From the IMG/VR virus record IMGVR_UViG_3300048778_000136: a stretch of 20,000 nt of DNA. One strand, written 5' to 3'. The DNA is from an uncultured virus (IMG/VR IMGVR_UViG_3300048778_000136) (Duplodnaviria > Heunggongvirae > Uroviricota > Caudoviricetes). The translations under genes and the position numbers were made by a program. Under the pieces are notes generated by a model. It did not search any database. It had not been told where the DNA came from and worked only from the letters and a program-made list of their open reading frames with translations. This document shows positions 1 through 9,498 of this stretch, piece by piece; the stretch's first letter is position 1, and each line of letters opens with the position of its first letter.

Positions 1-40
1 TGTGGGGCAGGAATCCCATAGACAATAAATGAAAGCTCCT

Positions 41-541
41 TCACAGCACCTCCGGCGTATCAATTACTTCCTCGTAGAGCAAAATCTGTGCTGATGTGAT
101 GGGCTGGTCAGGAAAGTTAACAGCGTATGTCGCTTCGTCCTCGCGAATCTTTGTAATGATTCCGATCTGCCCCTTGCGATACCAGTTGGTAGTTCCGACC
201 CTATCTCCAATCTTACGACTGGGTGCGATTCTATACACCGCGATCCACTGTCCGAGCAGTTCCTTGTGTGCCGCAGATAGGAATGATTCACCTTCGTCCA
301 TTAAGTCTACTAGACCACGGTCTTCTTCCCATCCGTCTCGCTCTAGGCTGCGAGCCATAGCGTATCCGTCGTCAAGACGAAGAACATCTGTAATCTGTTT
401 TTCGATGTGCGGAGCTTCTGTATCGCTCCATTCATTTCCAAGGTAACGCTTCACTGCTGGCATGAATAACTCCCACGCACGGCGCTTAACGATGGAGTCA
501 GATTTACTTGGACGCTTCATCAATTCAGTTGTTTCAGACAT
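41..541 (-). CDS. hypothetical phage protein (166 aa)
   Basis: ORF track; start overlaps the upstream stop (TAATG); no recognisable motif. Confidence 0.75.
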   Translation of the reverse strand: MSETTELMKRPSKSDSIVKRRAWELFMPAVKRYLGNEWSDTEAPHIEKQITDVLRLDDGYAMARSLERDGWEEDRGLVDLMDEGESFLSAAHKELLGQWIAVYRIAPSRKIGDRVGTTNWYRKGQIGIITKIREDEATYAVNFPDQPITSAQILLYEEVIDTPEVL

Positions 542-2433
542 TATCCCAACCTCCGTATATTACCTTCCTCTACAATATAGAAGGCTGAGTTCGCTAGCTT
601 CGGAACCTGCTCCGATGTGTCCGCCACGAGCAGGATAACCTGATCCAGAGTACCATCAGAGACCATCTTATAAAGATGTTTATAGAGATTCGGGCGAAGG
701 TCGGGAAGAAGTGTATCTATCCTATCGATCACCACAAATCCTATGCCAGCCGTAGCACTAACTGCACATTGAAAGGCAGCGTAAAACATCAACTCTTCCG
801 CCCCGGACAGTTCAATTAGCGGCGTAGACACTTTACGGTAGTCAGTGATCTCAAATTTAAACGGTTCGATAGAGAGCGAGCAGGAATAGTCCCATGCGGA
901 CAGGACTGAATTCACCTTTAATTCGAACCCCCCGATATACTGAGCTATCAACTTGGCTTTTATTCCATCTTTATCAAACAGTTTTACAAGTGTATCCAAC
1001 TTAGTAGCCTTGTCCTCCAGCCGCTTCAGTTGCTCCTTCTTCGTTACAATGTCCTTCTCCCGTTCCTCTGCGGCGATGACGGGCTGAATTTGCTGAAGGA
1101 TCGTCTCGATACTCTTATCAGTTGATGAAATAGCGCTGTCGAGCGTAGCAGAATCAAAGAGGCCACCAGCGTCCTGATCCGCCTCAACCTTCGCTTCCTC
1201 TAGCGTCTTAGCGTGCTCTTCTATCTTCGCCGCTAGATCAGTTTTATCCGCGAGAGCCGTATTATGCTTATCTAGCTTCGCAATCGCTCCGTCTACGTCT
1301 CCTAGTGCAGTTATAGCTTGAGTAGTGTTGCCATAGTCTTCCGTAAGCTGACCACGCTTCGCCATGATGTTAGTCATTAGTTCAGCTAGCTTAGAGTCGT
1401 CAATATCCTGATCGCAGGTAGGACACGTAGCACCTAGCTTTGAAAGCTCATGCAGCCTGACCTCCTCTGCCTTCGCTGTTTCTTGGGCATGTGAAAGACG
1501 TTGCTGCTCCGCTAATAGCCGATCACGCTCAGCCTTGCGATCAGCCACTTCCTGCACGGCGCTAGGATCAGGAAGAATGTTTGCCTCAAGTAACCGAAGA
1601 GATTCCTTGCTGGCCTTGAGTACAGCCTCCAACGTCTCTATTTTAGCGTTCGCTCTATCCCTCTTCAGAGATTCTTCATTCGCCTTCTTCGCTGCCGCAT
1701 CCCGCTCCCCAGATTGCTTCTGGCGATCCTCTCGCAGCACAGCAAGCTGAGTCTTCAAAGATTCGGAGTTGACGCCTTGCGGACGTGGTAGAGCGTCAGG
1801 GATGGAGAACTCTTTCAGTTTATTATTCGCATCTTTTCTCTCGTCAAACAACTTCTTGTACGCTAGATTGATTGCAGCGAAAGGCTCTCCGTTGAAATTC
1901 ACTACTCCTTCCCCGAGATACTTTTCTACGTCTGCGATAGTATCCTTATCGAACTCGTAGCGGGCAGGAAGGACAAGCTTTGCCAGAAGGTTCTTCTGTG
2001 CATCTTCGTCACGAGAATAAACCATAGACTGAAAGGCGCGAGTGTTGATCGCTATATCTAAAGCTGTCTTCTTATCAAGGAGGAGCTTGTCGAACTTTGC
2101 GGCGACCCATTCAAGATCGTTCAAATCCTCTGAAGATTGCGTCCTACTTGTAAATCCTAGCGTGGTCGTGCGCCGGATCGTCCTGTTCGCACCCTGTAGA
2201 TCAGCCTCGATAGTAGCCCTCGTCTCGCCTCGCTTGATCTTTTTCTGATAACCTGCTCCGCGAGCATCTAGCCCCCATGTTGTCGGAGTCAATGCAAGTG
2301 AAAGTGCCTCGGCAACTGAGGTCTTGCCGTTCATATTACGTCCGCGCACTACGACGAACCTAGCGTCCGCAATATCCAGTGTTGAATCACTGTGTAATCT
2401 AAAGTTCTTGATATGTAGCTTATTTACACGCAT
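541..2433 (-). CDS. SbcC/Rad50 (SMC-like) ABC ATPase
   Basis: Walker A GRNMNGKTS, long coiled coil with central zinc hook CPTC, signature LSGAE, Walker B-like VVIDRID. Confidence 0.9.
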   Translation of the reverse strand: MRVNKLHIKNFRLHSDSTLDIADARFVVVRGRNMNGKTSVAEALSLALTPTTWGLDARGAGYQKKIKRGETRATIEADLQGANRTIRRTTTLGFTSRTQSSEDLNDLEWVAAKFDKLLLDKKTALDIAINTRAFQSMVYSRDEDAQKNLLAKLVLPARYEFDKDTIADVEKYLGEGVVNFNGEPFAAINLAYKKLFDERKDANNKLKEFSIPDALPRPQGVNSESLKTQLAVLREDRQKQSGERDAAAKKANEESLKRDRANAKIETLEAVLKASKESLRLLEANILPDPSAVQEVADRKAERDRLLAEQQRLSHAQETAKAEEVRLHELSKLGATCPTCDQDIDDSKLAELMTNIMAKRGQLTEDYGNTTQAITALGDVDGAIAKLDKHNTALADKTDLAAKIEEHAKTLEEAKVEADQDAGGLFDSATLDSAISSTDKSIETILQQIQPVIAAEEREKDIVTKKEQLKRLEDKATKLDTLVKLFDKDGIKAKLIAQYIGGFELKVNSVLSAWDYSCSLSIEPFKFEITDYRKVSTPLIELSGAEELMFYAAFQCAVSATAGIGFVVIDRIDTLLPDLRPNLYKHLYKMVSDGTLDQVILLVADTSEQVPKLANSAFYIVEEGNIRRLG

Positions 2434-2447
2434 TTACTTTCTCCCGG

Positions 2448-3752
2448 TTAGAACTCTTCTTCGTCTTCTTCGTCGAACTCGCTATCAGGCAAGGACTCTA
2501 AAGGCTTCGACACCGCTAGTTTTACTTTTGTGACTTTCTCTACGACATCATCAATCGCGGTATCCAGCAAAACTCTTTTCTTCGTCTTCAAGTAACTCGT
2601 AAGCGATGTAGAGGACAATTGCACTTTCCCGAGCCAATTACTATCCTCTGGCGCTGCATAGGCGTAATCACTTAGGAGATCGACCACTGGCATAACAAGT
2701 CGGTTCTGCGCGTCTACCTCCACACCTCCGGCTGTTGCTTTGAATAACGGATAGATGCTGGACTGAGACTCAACCGGGCCGTAGACGTAGGATTTTGTAT
2801 TAAAATCCTTAAGCATAATCGGCTTTCCTGTCTCTTGAACGTAAGCCTTCATCCTCGCCTTGTTCTTACGTGAAAACTGACTATTCCATAAATCCCAATT
2901 GAACCACATTTCAGGATTTTCCATCATATTTTCGTTCCACTGCGCAATTGGACATTTTCTATTAGCGAGTAAACTACAATACCAGCAATGATTTCCAGCA
3001 ATCGCCTGTAACTCCTTCCCAGCGTCATAGTCCGCATGGATCATCTTCTGCCGCTCACGCGCTGATTTCAGGGCATCAATCAAAGCAGGTAAGTCCTGCC
3101 GCGTGTAGGTAACGAAGCGCGATAAGTTCGCGTAGCGCACGAAAATAAGGCGGAATGTAACTTCCTGCACCCAAGGGAAGTGGGCTAACACAAAAACAGT
3201 GTAAGTCTTTCCTTGTAGCGTGTCCGATGGTTCAAAGGGCCTTGGATGACTCTTGTAATCCGTTATTTCAGCCTTTTCTTCCTCACGGAATCCATAGAGG
3301 TTATCGAGCGTTCCTGAATAGTGTGCTGGTAATCCTGAACTCTTGCAGATACCGGAAAGCGCCTCCACTACATCGGTAGGACGAAAGTTCTCATCCAGTG
3401 ATAGAGGAAGTTCTGTAGCAATGAGGTGCTGATGGTCGATCCTAAGCGTGTCGCTCATTCCTGACAGAATCCTAGCTGCGACAGGACCCGCACCTTTGGC
3501 TAGATGGTCAAACATCTCTAGGTCCATTGGGACTTGCTTCATCGCGCAATAGGCAGCATACGCAGCGGCTGTGCGATGGATTTCATTTCCTCGCGCCGAC
3601 TCCATTCCTCCCGGCATCTTGTTTCCCCTAATGACCGTTTCAGCATAGAAAGTTTGGCATGAGGTCAGGGACTCAGTGCTCTGATGAAAGGGTGGGATAG
3701 GAGAAGCAGTGATCTGGACTAACTCGGCTGGCTTAGCTTTCTTTGTGGTCAC
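2448..3752 (-). CDS. PD-(D/E)XK exonuclease, Cas4/AddB-like with probable Fe-S cluster (RecE-equivalent partner of RecT)
   Basis: N-terminal Cys, RGNEIH, GTLD...ITDYKS catalytic motifs, C-terminal CWYC-x6-C, acidic tail; lies in the same operon as recT. Confidence 0.85.
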   Translation of the reverse strand: MTTKKAKPAELVQITASPIPPFHQSTESLTSCQTFYAETVIRGNKMPGGMESARGNEIHRTAAAYAAYCAMKQVPMDLEMFDHLAKGAGPVAARILSGMSDTLRIDHQHLIATELPLSLDENFRPTDVVEALSGICKSSGLPAHYSGTLDNLYGFREEEKAEITDYKSHPRPFEPSDTLQGKTYTVFVLAHFPWVQEVTFRLIFVRYANLSRFVTYTRQDLPALIDALKSARERQKMIHADYDAGKELQAIAGNHCWYCSLLANRKCPIAQWNENMMENPEMWFNWDLWNSQFSRKNKARMKAYVQETGKPIMLKDFNTKSYVYGPVESQSSIYPLFKATAGGVEVDAQNRLVMPVVDLLSDYAYAAPEDSNWLGKVQLSSTSLTSYLKTKKRVLLDTAIDDVVEKVTKVKLAVSKPLESLPDSEFDEEDEEEF

Positions 3753-4069
3753 GCGGTAACTCCTGTCGGTTCCACTTCCGGTTGCGGTGCAGGCTCTGGT
3801 TCCTTCATGAATGGCTCGACCAACTCCAACTGAAGGATGATACTTTGGAGTTGCTGTTTGAGGCGCTGCACTTCCTCTATCCTTTTTTCGTTGTGGTGAA
3901 GTTGCGTAATCCCTTCCACCACATTGAACACCGTTCCCGGAGCAGGAGACTTATTCCAGCGTTCATGATATGAACTCCAGTCGTAGAGCACCTTACCTGC
4001 CAACATATTTACTTCCTGCGGCGTTGCCTCAAGGATGACATTGTGATTTCCTATCGCGATGATCTTCAT
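3749..4069 (-). CDS. hypothetical protein (106 aa)
   Basis: GGAGG RBS; stop overlaps the next start (GTGA). Confidence 0.75.
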   Translation of the reverse strand: MKIIAIGNHNVILEATPQEVNMLAGKVLYDWSSYHERWNKSPAPGTVFNVVEGITQLHHNEKRIEEVQRLKQQLQSIILQLELVEPFMKEPEPAPQPEVEPTGVTA

Positions 4070-4152
4070 TTATCCTCCACCGGGACTTCCATTGCAGCGA
4101 GTTTCTTCCAGTGAGCAACAACGTTGGGATGAGATTTGATACATAAATCCCA

Positions 4153-5490
4153 CTATTTACAAACCGGAATTTTATGGTGATGCTTCGGCTTGACTACGTG
4201 TAGCACCGGCGCGACACATGCGATTGGTGCTGGTGGAGCGGTAGTCGCCCTATCTTCATAAGTTACATAAGGGGTTGCAACTAGTGCAGGGAGAGCAGAC
4301 GGCTCTGGCGTAACGAATGTTCCAATGTCGCACGCGCTGACTTGGATCGTCGTCACCATCTGTTGCATTGAGCCGCTTGTGCCGCCTCCAGCTTGTCCCC
4401 AGCTTTGACCGCCTCCGCCGCCAAGTGCGATGTTTCGCGCCCCGCCGATTTGAACAATTGCTGTGTACTCAGTTACCTGAGAACCATAACGCTCATAGCC
4501 CTTACGTCCATCCGTGAGCGGCACGTCGTTGTACAGTTGTGACGCAGACACAAGTGTATCTGTGTGACCTTGCGTGATCTTGCTGTTTTTGAATAGGCCG
4601 AAGAATGTCCCGGTTATAGGCGTTTGAACAACAATCTGAAGCGGACCACACGCTAGAGTCTCCTTGACAATATTCCCAACGGAAAGCTGCGACGGTGGAG
4701 TTTCAGGGACAACTGGCGGAATGAATAATACACCGCCGACACTAGTCTTATTGTTCGTCGTGTTCCCAGAGTCGGATGTGGTTTGCTGTGAGCCGGTGCT
4801 GTTTGTATTGCTGCTAACATTCTTACTGGCGTTCGCATTCGATGTCTTGTTGGATGTTGAATTGCTGGTCTGATTTGATGTTTTATTTGCCACCGAGTTC
4901 GCACTCGTGTTTGCGAGGTCGCTTACATTTGTGCTGGTGTTCTCGTTCGCGTTGCTGGTCTTATTTGAGACATTGGATGCGCCGCCCGCCGACGTGGAAG
5001 ATGAGGTGCTTGGGCCTGTAGCGAGATTGTTGCCGCCACTACTGCTTGATCCGGTAGAAAGATTGTTGCCACCGCTGTTGCTGGTCGATGGTCCACTCTG
5101 CGCGTTGATTGTGTTGTTGCCATTCGCTGAGCTAGAGCCTGTTGTCGCCGAAGATTGATTGGCGGATCTGTTGCCTGTTGCCGTCGAGGAGCCCCCATTC
5201 GCCGAACTCGTTGTGTTTGGCTGAATCGTCGGGCTAACCTGAGTGGTGTTTGTAGTAACTGGACTGATCGTAGTGTCAGACGGATTCGCGGCAGATGAGT
5301 TCCCGCTTTGACTTGACGTACTCGTGGTATTGGTCGCTGTAGACGTTGGGGTGATATTCCCCGCCGTTTGAGTGCTCGTACTGGTTGAGCAATTGGTAGC
5401 GTTTAGATCGCAGGTTGCTTGGGCATGGATTATGCCAGTAAACAACCCCATTAGAATTAGTGCTGAGTAAAACTTGCTTACGATTTTCAC
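4153..5490 (-). CDS. secreted low-complexity Ser/Thr/Asn-rich protein
   Basis: GGAG RBS with GTG start; signal peptide MKIVSKF...IIHA|Q; about 220 aa of S/T/N repeats followed by a globular C-terminal part. Confidence 0.8.
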   Translation of the reverse strand: MKIVSKFYSALILMGLFTGIIHAQATCDLNATNCSTSTSTQTAGNITPTSTATNTTSTSSQSGNSSAANPSDTTISPVTTNTTQVSPTIQPNTTSSANGGSSTATGNRSANQSSATTGSSSANGNNTINAQSGPSTSNSGGNNLSTGSSSSGGNNLATGPSTSSSTSAGGASNVSNKTSNANENTSTNVSDLANTSANSVANKTSNQTSNSTSNKTSNANASKNVSSNTNSTGSQQTTSDSGNTTNNKTSVGGVLFIPPVVPETPPSQLSVGNIVKETLACGPLQIVVQTPITGTFFGLFKNSKITQGHTDTLVSASQLYNDVPLTDGRKGYERYGSQVTEYTAIVQIGGARNIALGGGGGQSWGQAGGGTSGSMQQMVTTIQVSACDIGTFVTPEPSALPALVATPYVTYEDRATTAPPAPIACVAPVLHVVKPKHHHKIPVCK

Positions 5491-5544
5491 TTTAATCTCC
5501 CGGTCTTAGGTATTCGGTTGATAGTACGTTTCGGTTTAATTTCT

Positions 5545-6789
5545 TTAGATTAAATCGAACGCGTTGCCGCTTACTTCTTCCTGCGCAGGTTCCTGTTCCA
5601 CTTCCTTAGTCGGCTCAGGCTCAGAAGAAAAATACACTGGCTCACCAGCCTCAGTCGTAGCAGGAACTAACGTCTGCTGTCCTGCCGCCGCTTCCTCAGC
5701 CGCCTTGCGACGTGCCATCTCTTCCTTCGAAGGACGGCCACGGCCACGCTTCACTTCGCCTACAGGAGCATCCATGGTAGCAGTAGGAGTAGTTTTATCC
5801 TGTTCCGCTGGCTTGCTTTCCGTAGCCTGCTTTGCGTTGAAGGCTGGAGTTGACTTCTGAGCAACCAAATCATCAATACTCTGAATAGGCTTTGTCTGCA
5901 CTTCTGGAGGAAGTTTACCCTTGAGGTAATCAACAAGACCCTTCGTATTACCGGGATATCCTGCACGCATTTCCACTTGCTGCGCTGGATTTTTCCCTAA
6001 TTTTTGGAAGAGTGAATCAAGTTCGTGCTCGATTGGATCGGTCGGGCTAGGAGTAGCAATATCTCCGCCATTCTCAAGTTCACCCTTCAACGCCATGTCA
6101 ATAGTAAGAGACTGACTACCTTCTGTCGCGGAAGCGTCAAGTGCAGAGGCGTTCGACAATTCGATGGACGAGGGAAGATACTTCAATACTTGAAGAAGTG
6201 GAATCTTACGTGCGTACATCTCAGGATGAACGTAAGAGTAATGCCTATCACCTACTTTATTCTGCTTATTACGATGTGCCCAAATCTTGTCAATATCCCA
6301 CACGTCAATGATTGGGAAATCAGAGTTTTTTATACGTCCTACGGCATACACGAATTGGAGAGCGGCTTCCTTGCCTGCCCATTTTCCGCGCTTGTGACGG
6401 ATATCTGGGTTCGTTCCAAGGGAGTATTCGAATTCATCGCCCTCGTACACAGCTTCCGTCCACGCAGAAGCTCTCTCTGTCCTATTCAACAAATCCATGT
6501 ACCCACGCCACCCCGGAACCAGCGTGCAGACGTTCCCATAAGGGATCAGGTAGCATTGACCGTTGATCCCCGGCTCCAACCCCAACTGAGATGCAGCCAT
6601 CAGTGAGCCGTAAAACGAGTCGCGAGTGCAATTCATCAACTTAGGGTTCACGCGCAAGGATGTAAGAGCAATTCGAGCCATCCTATCCGCCGTCATGTGA
6701 CGCGGAAGCGCCCTCTCCATCTGAGGAATAAACTTCTCAAGTTCTGTTCCAATGGTCTTTGGATTGATAAGTACGATTTCATTTGCCAT
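5545..6789 (-). CDS. recT: RecT-family ssDNA annealing protein with long disordered C-terminus
   Basis: ALPRHMTADRMARIA..NPKL..C...S..GSLM.A.QLGLEP..GQCYLIPY..GWRG; MYARK...KYLP.SIE. Confidence 0.93.
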   Translation of the reverse strand: MANEIVLINPKTIGTELEKFIPQMERALPRHMTADRMARIALTSLRVNPKLMNCTRDSFYGSLMAASQLGLEPGINGQCYLIPYGNVCTLVPGWRGYMDLLNRTERASAWTEAVYEGDEFEYSLGTNPDIRHKRGKWAGKEAALQFVYAVGRIKNSDFPIIDVWDIDKIWAHRNKQNKVGDRHYSYVHPEMYARKIPLLQVLKYLPSSIELSNASALDASATEGSQSLTIDMALKGELENGGDIATPSPTDPIEHELDSLFQKLGKNPAQQVEMRAGYPGNTKGLVDYLKGKLPPEVQTKPIQSIDDLVAQKSTPAFNAKQATESKPAEQDKTTPTATMDAPVGEVKRGRGRPSKEEMARRKAAEEAAAGQQTLVPATTEAGEPVYFSSEPEPTKEVEQEPAQEEVSGNAFDLI

Positions 6790-6824
6790 TTCGTTTTTCC
6801 TTTTCTGTGATGCTAATGTTGGTA

Positions 6825-6983
6825 CTAAAATTCTTCCAAAGCCTTTTTGATTGCATCGCGGAGTCCGTCTTGATCGAGGACGTAACCGATGCCTACGTAG
6901 ACCCAGACTTTATACTCATCTTCCGTTATTTGATTGACGATTACTTCAGTCAATCCCTCTAAATGGTCACCTTCGAATTTCAT
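6825..6983 (-). CDS. small hypothetical protein (52 aa, MKFEGDHLEG...ALEEF)
   Basis: Translated by hand (below the ORF-track cutoff); ATGA overlap with the upstream stop; fills the gap before recT. Confidence 0.65.
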   Translation of the reverse strand: MKFEGDHLEGLTEVIVNQITEDEYKVWVYVGIGYVLDQDGLRDAIKKALEEF

Positions 6984-7363
6984 TTCGACACCTTCCCTTT
7001 CAATCTATCCGCTACCGCAACCGCCGCAGGATCAGGCTTGGCTTCATTCCAAAACGTGTTTCCGTGAACTATCTTGCCGTTTTCGGAGTGGAAAACGAGA
7101 TGATCCATCCCGTCGCAGATTCTTACTTCAAATCCTTTCCCAACAGCAACATCTGCAAATTGCTTAGCTCTGGAAAATGAGATTTCCTCGGCTGGATATT
7201 TGGCTGCTCCTGCCCTAAACCAAAGTCCTCCTTCATGAAATCCTTGATCGTTGAAAATATATACCTTCCAAGGCCCTTTGCCTACGTCTTCGGCGCGGAT
7301 CAGGTCATTCAGTTCGATCACTTCCGCGTCAGGAAACTTCGCTCGGAGGGCTGCCATGTTCAT
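6980..7363 (-). CDS. hypothetical protein (127 aa)
   Basis: GGAGG RBS; ATGA coupling at both ends. Confidence 0.75.
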   Translation of the reverse strand: MNMAALRAKFPDAEVIELNDLIRAEDVGKGPWKVYIFNDQGFHEGGLWFRAGAAKYPAEEISFSRAKQFADVAVGKGFEVRICDGMDHLVFHSENGKIVHGNTFWNEAKPDPAAVAVADRLKGKVSK

Positions 7364-7662
7364 GTCGTCTCCTCCCGGTCGAGTGCTTCCACCTCTTCTA
7401 AGGTAAGGTCATCAATTCCCCTACCGTCCTCATCCTCCCAATCGACCCAGCCGTCATCTTCAGGTTCCAGCCATTCAGCATCCGGTTGGAATACTTGGAG
7501 GCCGCCAGTGTTCGAATAATCAGGCTTGATATTGTTATCAAACTGGAAGAGATCGTAGTCGGCAAGGATTGTAAGCGTCCTTTTTCCCTCTGCCAAAGTA
7601 GGAACATCTGCATGAAAAGCCTTCATCGGAACTTGCGGAATCCACCATACTCGTAGCTTCAT
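7360..7662 (-). CDS. P22 gp17-like (superinfection exclusion-related) protein
   Basis: MKLRVWWIPQVPMKAF...LADYDLFQFDNNIKPDYSNTGGL...W.DW matches my recollection of the gp17 family; start placed at the ATGA overlap (7662). Confidence 0.75.
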   Translation of the reverse strand: MKLRVWWIPQVPMKAFHADVPTLAEGKRTLTILADYDLFQFDNNIKPDYSNTGGLQVFQPDAEWLEPEDDGWVDWEDEDGRGIDDLTLEEVEALDREETT

Positions 7663-7883
7663 GCGACCCCTGCCTTTCTCGCGCAAACCTTACAGTCGAG
7701 CGCAGGAGTAAATGTCGTGTACTTCGTCGTCATACGACCGCGAACCTTGCCGCAGAGCGTCTTGACTTCAAATGGCAACCGTAGATGCGACATGACGGTT
7801 CCTGAGAAATAATCTCCACGTAACGACGACAGTACCTCATACTCCTTGCCGTCCTTAGCTTTCCATGTCGTTCGTTTCTCCAT
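7659..7883 (-). CDS. small hypothetical protein, possibly zinc-binding; first gene of the leftward operon
   Basis: GGAGG RBS; H..C and CxxC; directly downstream of a promoter. Confidence 0.7.
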   Translation of the reverse strand: MEKRTTWKAKDGKEYEVLSSLRGDYFSGTVMSHLRLPFEVKTLCGKVRGRMTTKYTTFTPALDCKVCARKAGVA

Positions 7884-7907
7884 CGTTCATCCCTCCCGGA
7901 TAAACAA

Positions 7908-7936
7908 ACAATATTCCTTGCGGCGCAGTTTGTCAA
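7908..7936 (-). promoter_or_regulatory. leftward sigma70-type promoter
   Basis: TTGACA-17 nt-TATTGT. Confidence 0.75.
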
Positions 7937-8068
7937 GTAATAATCGTAAAATACTTTATCATTGTTTTCATACACTTACATAATTATAGACAGCGCGGCA
8001 GGAGATATATGAAGATTCTATTTCTGGACGGAAAGCGCACACTATCGTAAAGTTGTTGAAAACAAGCC

Positions 8069-8097
8069 TTGACGCTATCCAACTTTTAGTGCATCCT
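8069..8097 (+). promoter_or_regulatory. rightward sigma70-type promoter
   Basis: TTGACG-17 nt-CATCCT upstream of the replication operon; weak -10. Confidence 0.45.
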
Positions 8098-8147
8098 TGC
8101 TGAGTCGGGGGTAGCTCTCTCGATATCTCCGCGCCAGCGAGATTACA

Positions 8148-8174
8148 GGGGGTCGGGTCCTTTCCCCGGCCCCC
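8148..8174 (+). other. GC-rich leader hairpin
   Basis: GGGGGTCGGG-tcctttc-CCCGGCCCCC (10 bp with one U-G pair on the + strand). Confidence 0.55.
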
Positions 8175-8227
8175 CGCCTATCTTTCTAAGATCGCGGCAC
8201 GATAGGCGTAGCAGGAAAGGATTATTT

Positions 8228-8539
8228 ATGGAATCGACTCCAAACGCCGTGCCCAATGGCGCTGCGGAAGTTCCTTTTGAAATTACACTCCCAAAGGATA
8301 CCCCAGAATACATGGCTCCCGCATATTTCGGATGCCTGCGGTGGGCGCTGGGTGTTGAGGGTATTTTAGAGGAGTTCAAAAAAGATACAGGAAAATCATT
8401 TTCTCCTGCCCGCTCTGGACTTGATAAATTGATCGACGACGCCGCAGGCTTTAATCCCGGCGAGGATTTCCTACGATCCTTCGTGCCGTGGTTTAATCAG
8501 TGGGTTTGGGGCGGAATCGAAGGGCAGGGAGAGGAATAA
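8228..8539 (+). CDS. hypothetical protein (103 aa)
   Basis: AGGA RBS; TAATG coupling to the initiator. Confidence 0.75.
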   Translation: MESTPNAVPNGAAEVPFEITLPKDTPEYMAPAYFGCLRWALGVEGILEEFKKDTGKSFSPARSGLDKLIDDAAGFNPGEDFLRSFVPWFNQWVWGGIEGQGEE

Positions 8540-9498
8540 TGGCAAGGATTCGAACGATCAAACCTGAGTTTTTTATTCACAGCGAACTTTACGACGCAGA
8601 GGTTGAAAGTGGATTTCCTCTGCGAATTGCGTTTGCTGGTCTCTGGTGTCAGTGTGATCGTGAAGGGAGATTTAAATGGCGTCCGCGTGAATTAAAACTT
8701 CAGGTATTACCTTATGATAAATGTGACTTTTCACACGTGCTTGACGCGTTGACCACGCGTGGGTTTCTCGTGAAGTACGCGGTGAAAGGTGAACTTTTCG
8801 GAGCTATTCCAAGCTGGGATAAGCACCAAGTTATCAATAATAGAGAGTCTGAGAGTGTTCTTCCAGATGCTTCATTGAATGAACCACTTAACGCGAAGAC
8901 CACGCGTGATACACGCGACGACCACGCGGGTAAAGAGGAAGGGAAGGGAAGGGAAGGGAAGGGAACAGGAAAGGAACTTAATCCTTCTCGCGCAAAAACT
9001 CCGCGAGATGAACCAACGAAGAGTGACCTGATAAAAACCCGCCACGCTGAGTTTAAAGAAAAAATCAAACAGTATTGGGAATATAAAAATCCAGGTGTGG
9101 AGATGCCTTGGGGTCCTGCGGAGGGTAGGCAATTAGCGATGTGGCTTGCAGAAGCGCCTCAGACAAATGTAGAGCAATTTACAGAATTTCTGCGCAATAG
9201 GGCGCGTTCCGAAGTAAACCACGCTGAGCGTCCTTCCCGCTGGATTGGAAATATCACAAGTTACGCAAATGGTCCGCTAAATACTTTTAAACAACCGATA
9301 AATGGAGCTAAATCAAATGGGGGAAAAACAAATGGTCACGTCGTCGAAGGAAATGGGGAAAATCTCAAAGCAGCCCTCGCAAGCCTTGATTGGGAGAATC
9401 ATGGTGAAATTGACGGAGACTTCCTGTTGCCGAGCAGCGCAGACCAGCCCGGATTACCTGAAGTTTATGTCGGCACGCTTATCGAAGGAAAATCCTGA
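8539..9498 (+). CDS. phage replication initiator (lambda O-analogous)
   Basis: MARIRTIKPEFF N-terminus typical of phage initiators; G/K-rich linker; internal repeats; upstream of a DnaB helicase. Confidence 0.75.
   Translation: MARIRTIKPEFFIHSELYDAEVESGFPLRIAFAGLWCQCDREGRFKWRPRELKLQVLPYDKCDFSHVLDALTTRGFLVKYAVKGELFGAIPSWDKHQVINNRESESVLPDASLNEPLNAKTTRDTRDDHAGKEEGKGREGKGTGKELNPSRAKTPRDEPTKSDLIKTRHAEFKEKIKQYWEYKNPGVEMPWGPAEGRQLAMWLAEAPQTNVEQFTEFLRNRARSEVNHAERPSRWIGNITSYANGPLNTFKQPINGAKSNGGKTNGHVVEGNGENLKAALASLDWENHGEIDGDFLLPSSADQPGLPEVYVGTLIEGKS
8891..8975. repeat. putative origin iterons plus GGGAA purine tract
   Basis: ACGCG at 8891, 8902, 8913 and 8924 (11-nt period), then tandem GGGAA units. 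Confidence 0.6.

Noticed and set aside
2448..3752. Cas4-like nuclease as a sign of CRISPR
   Set aside because: No repeat-spacer array or other cas genes; the recT context indicates recombination
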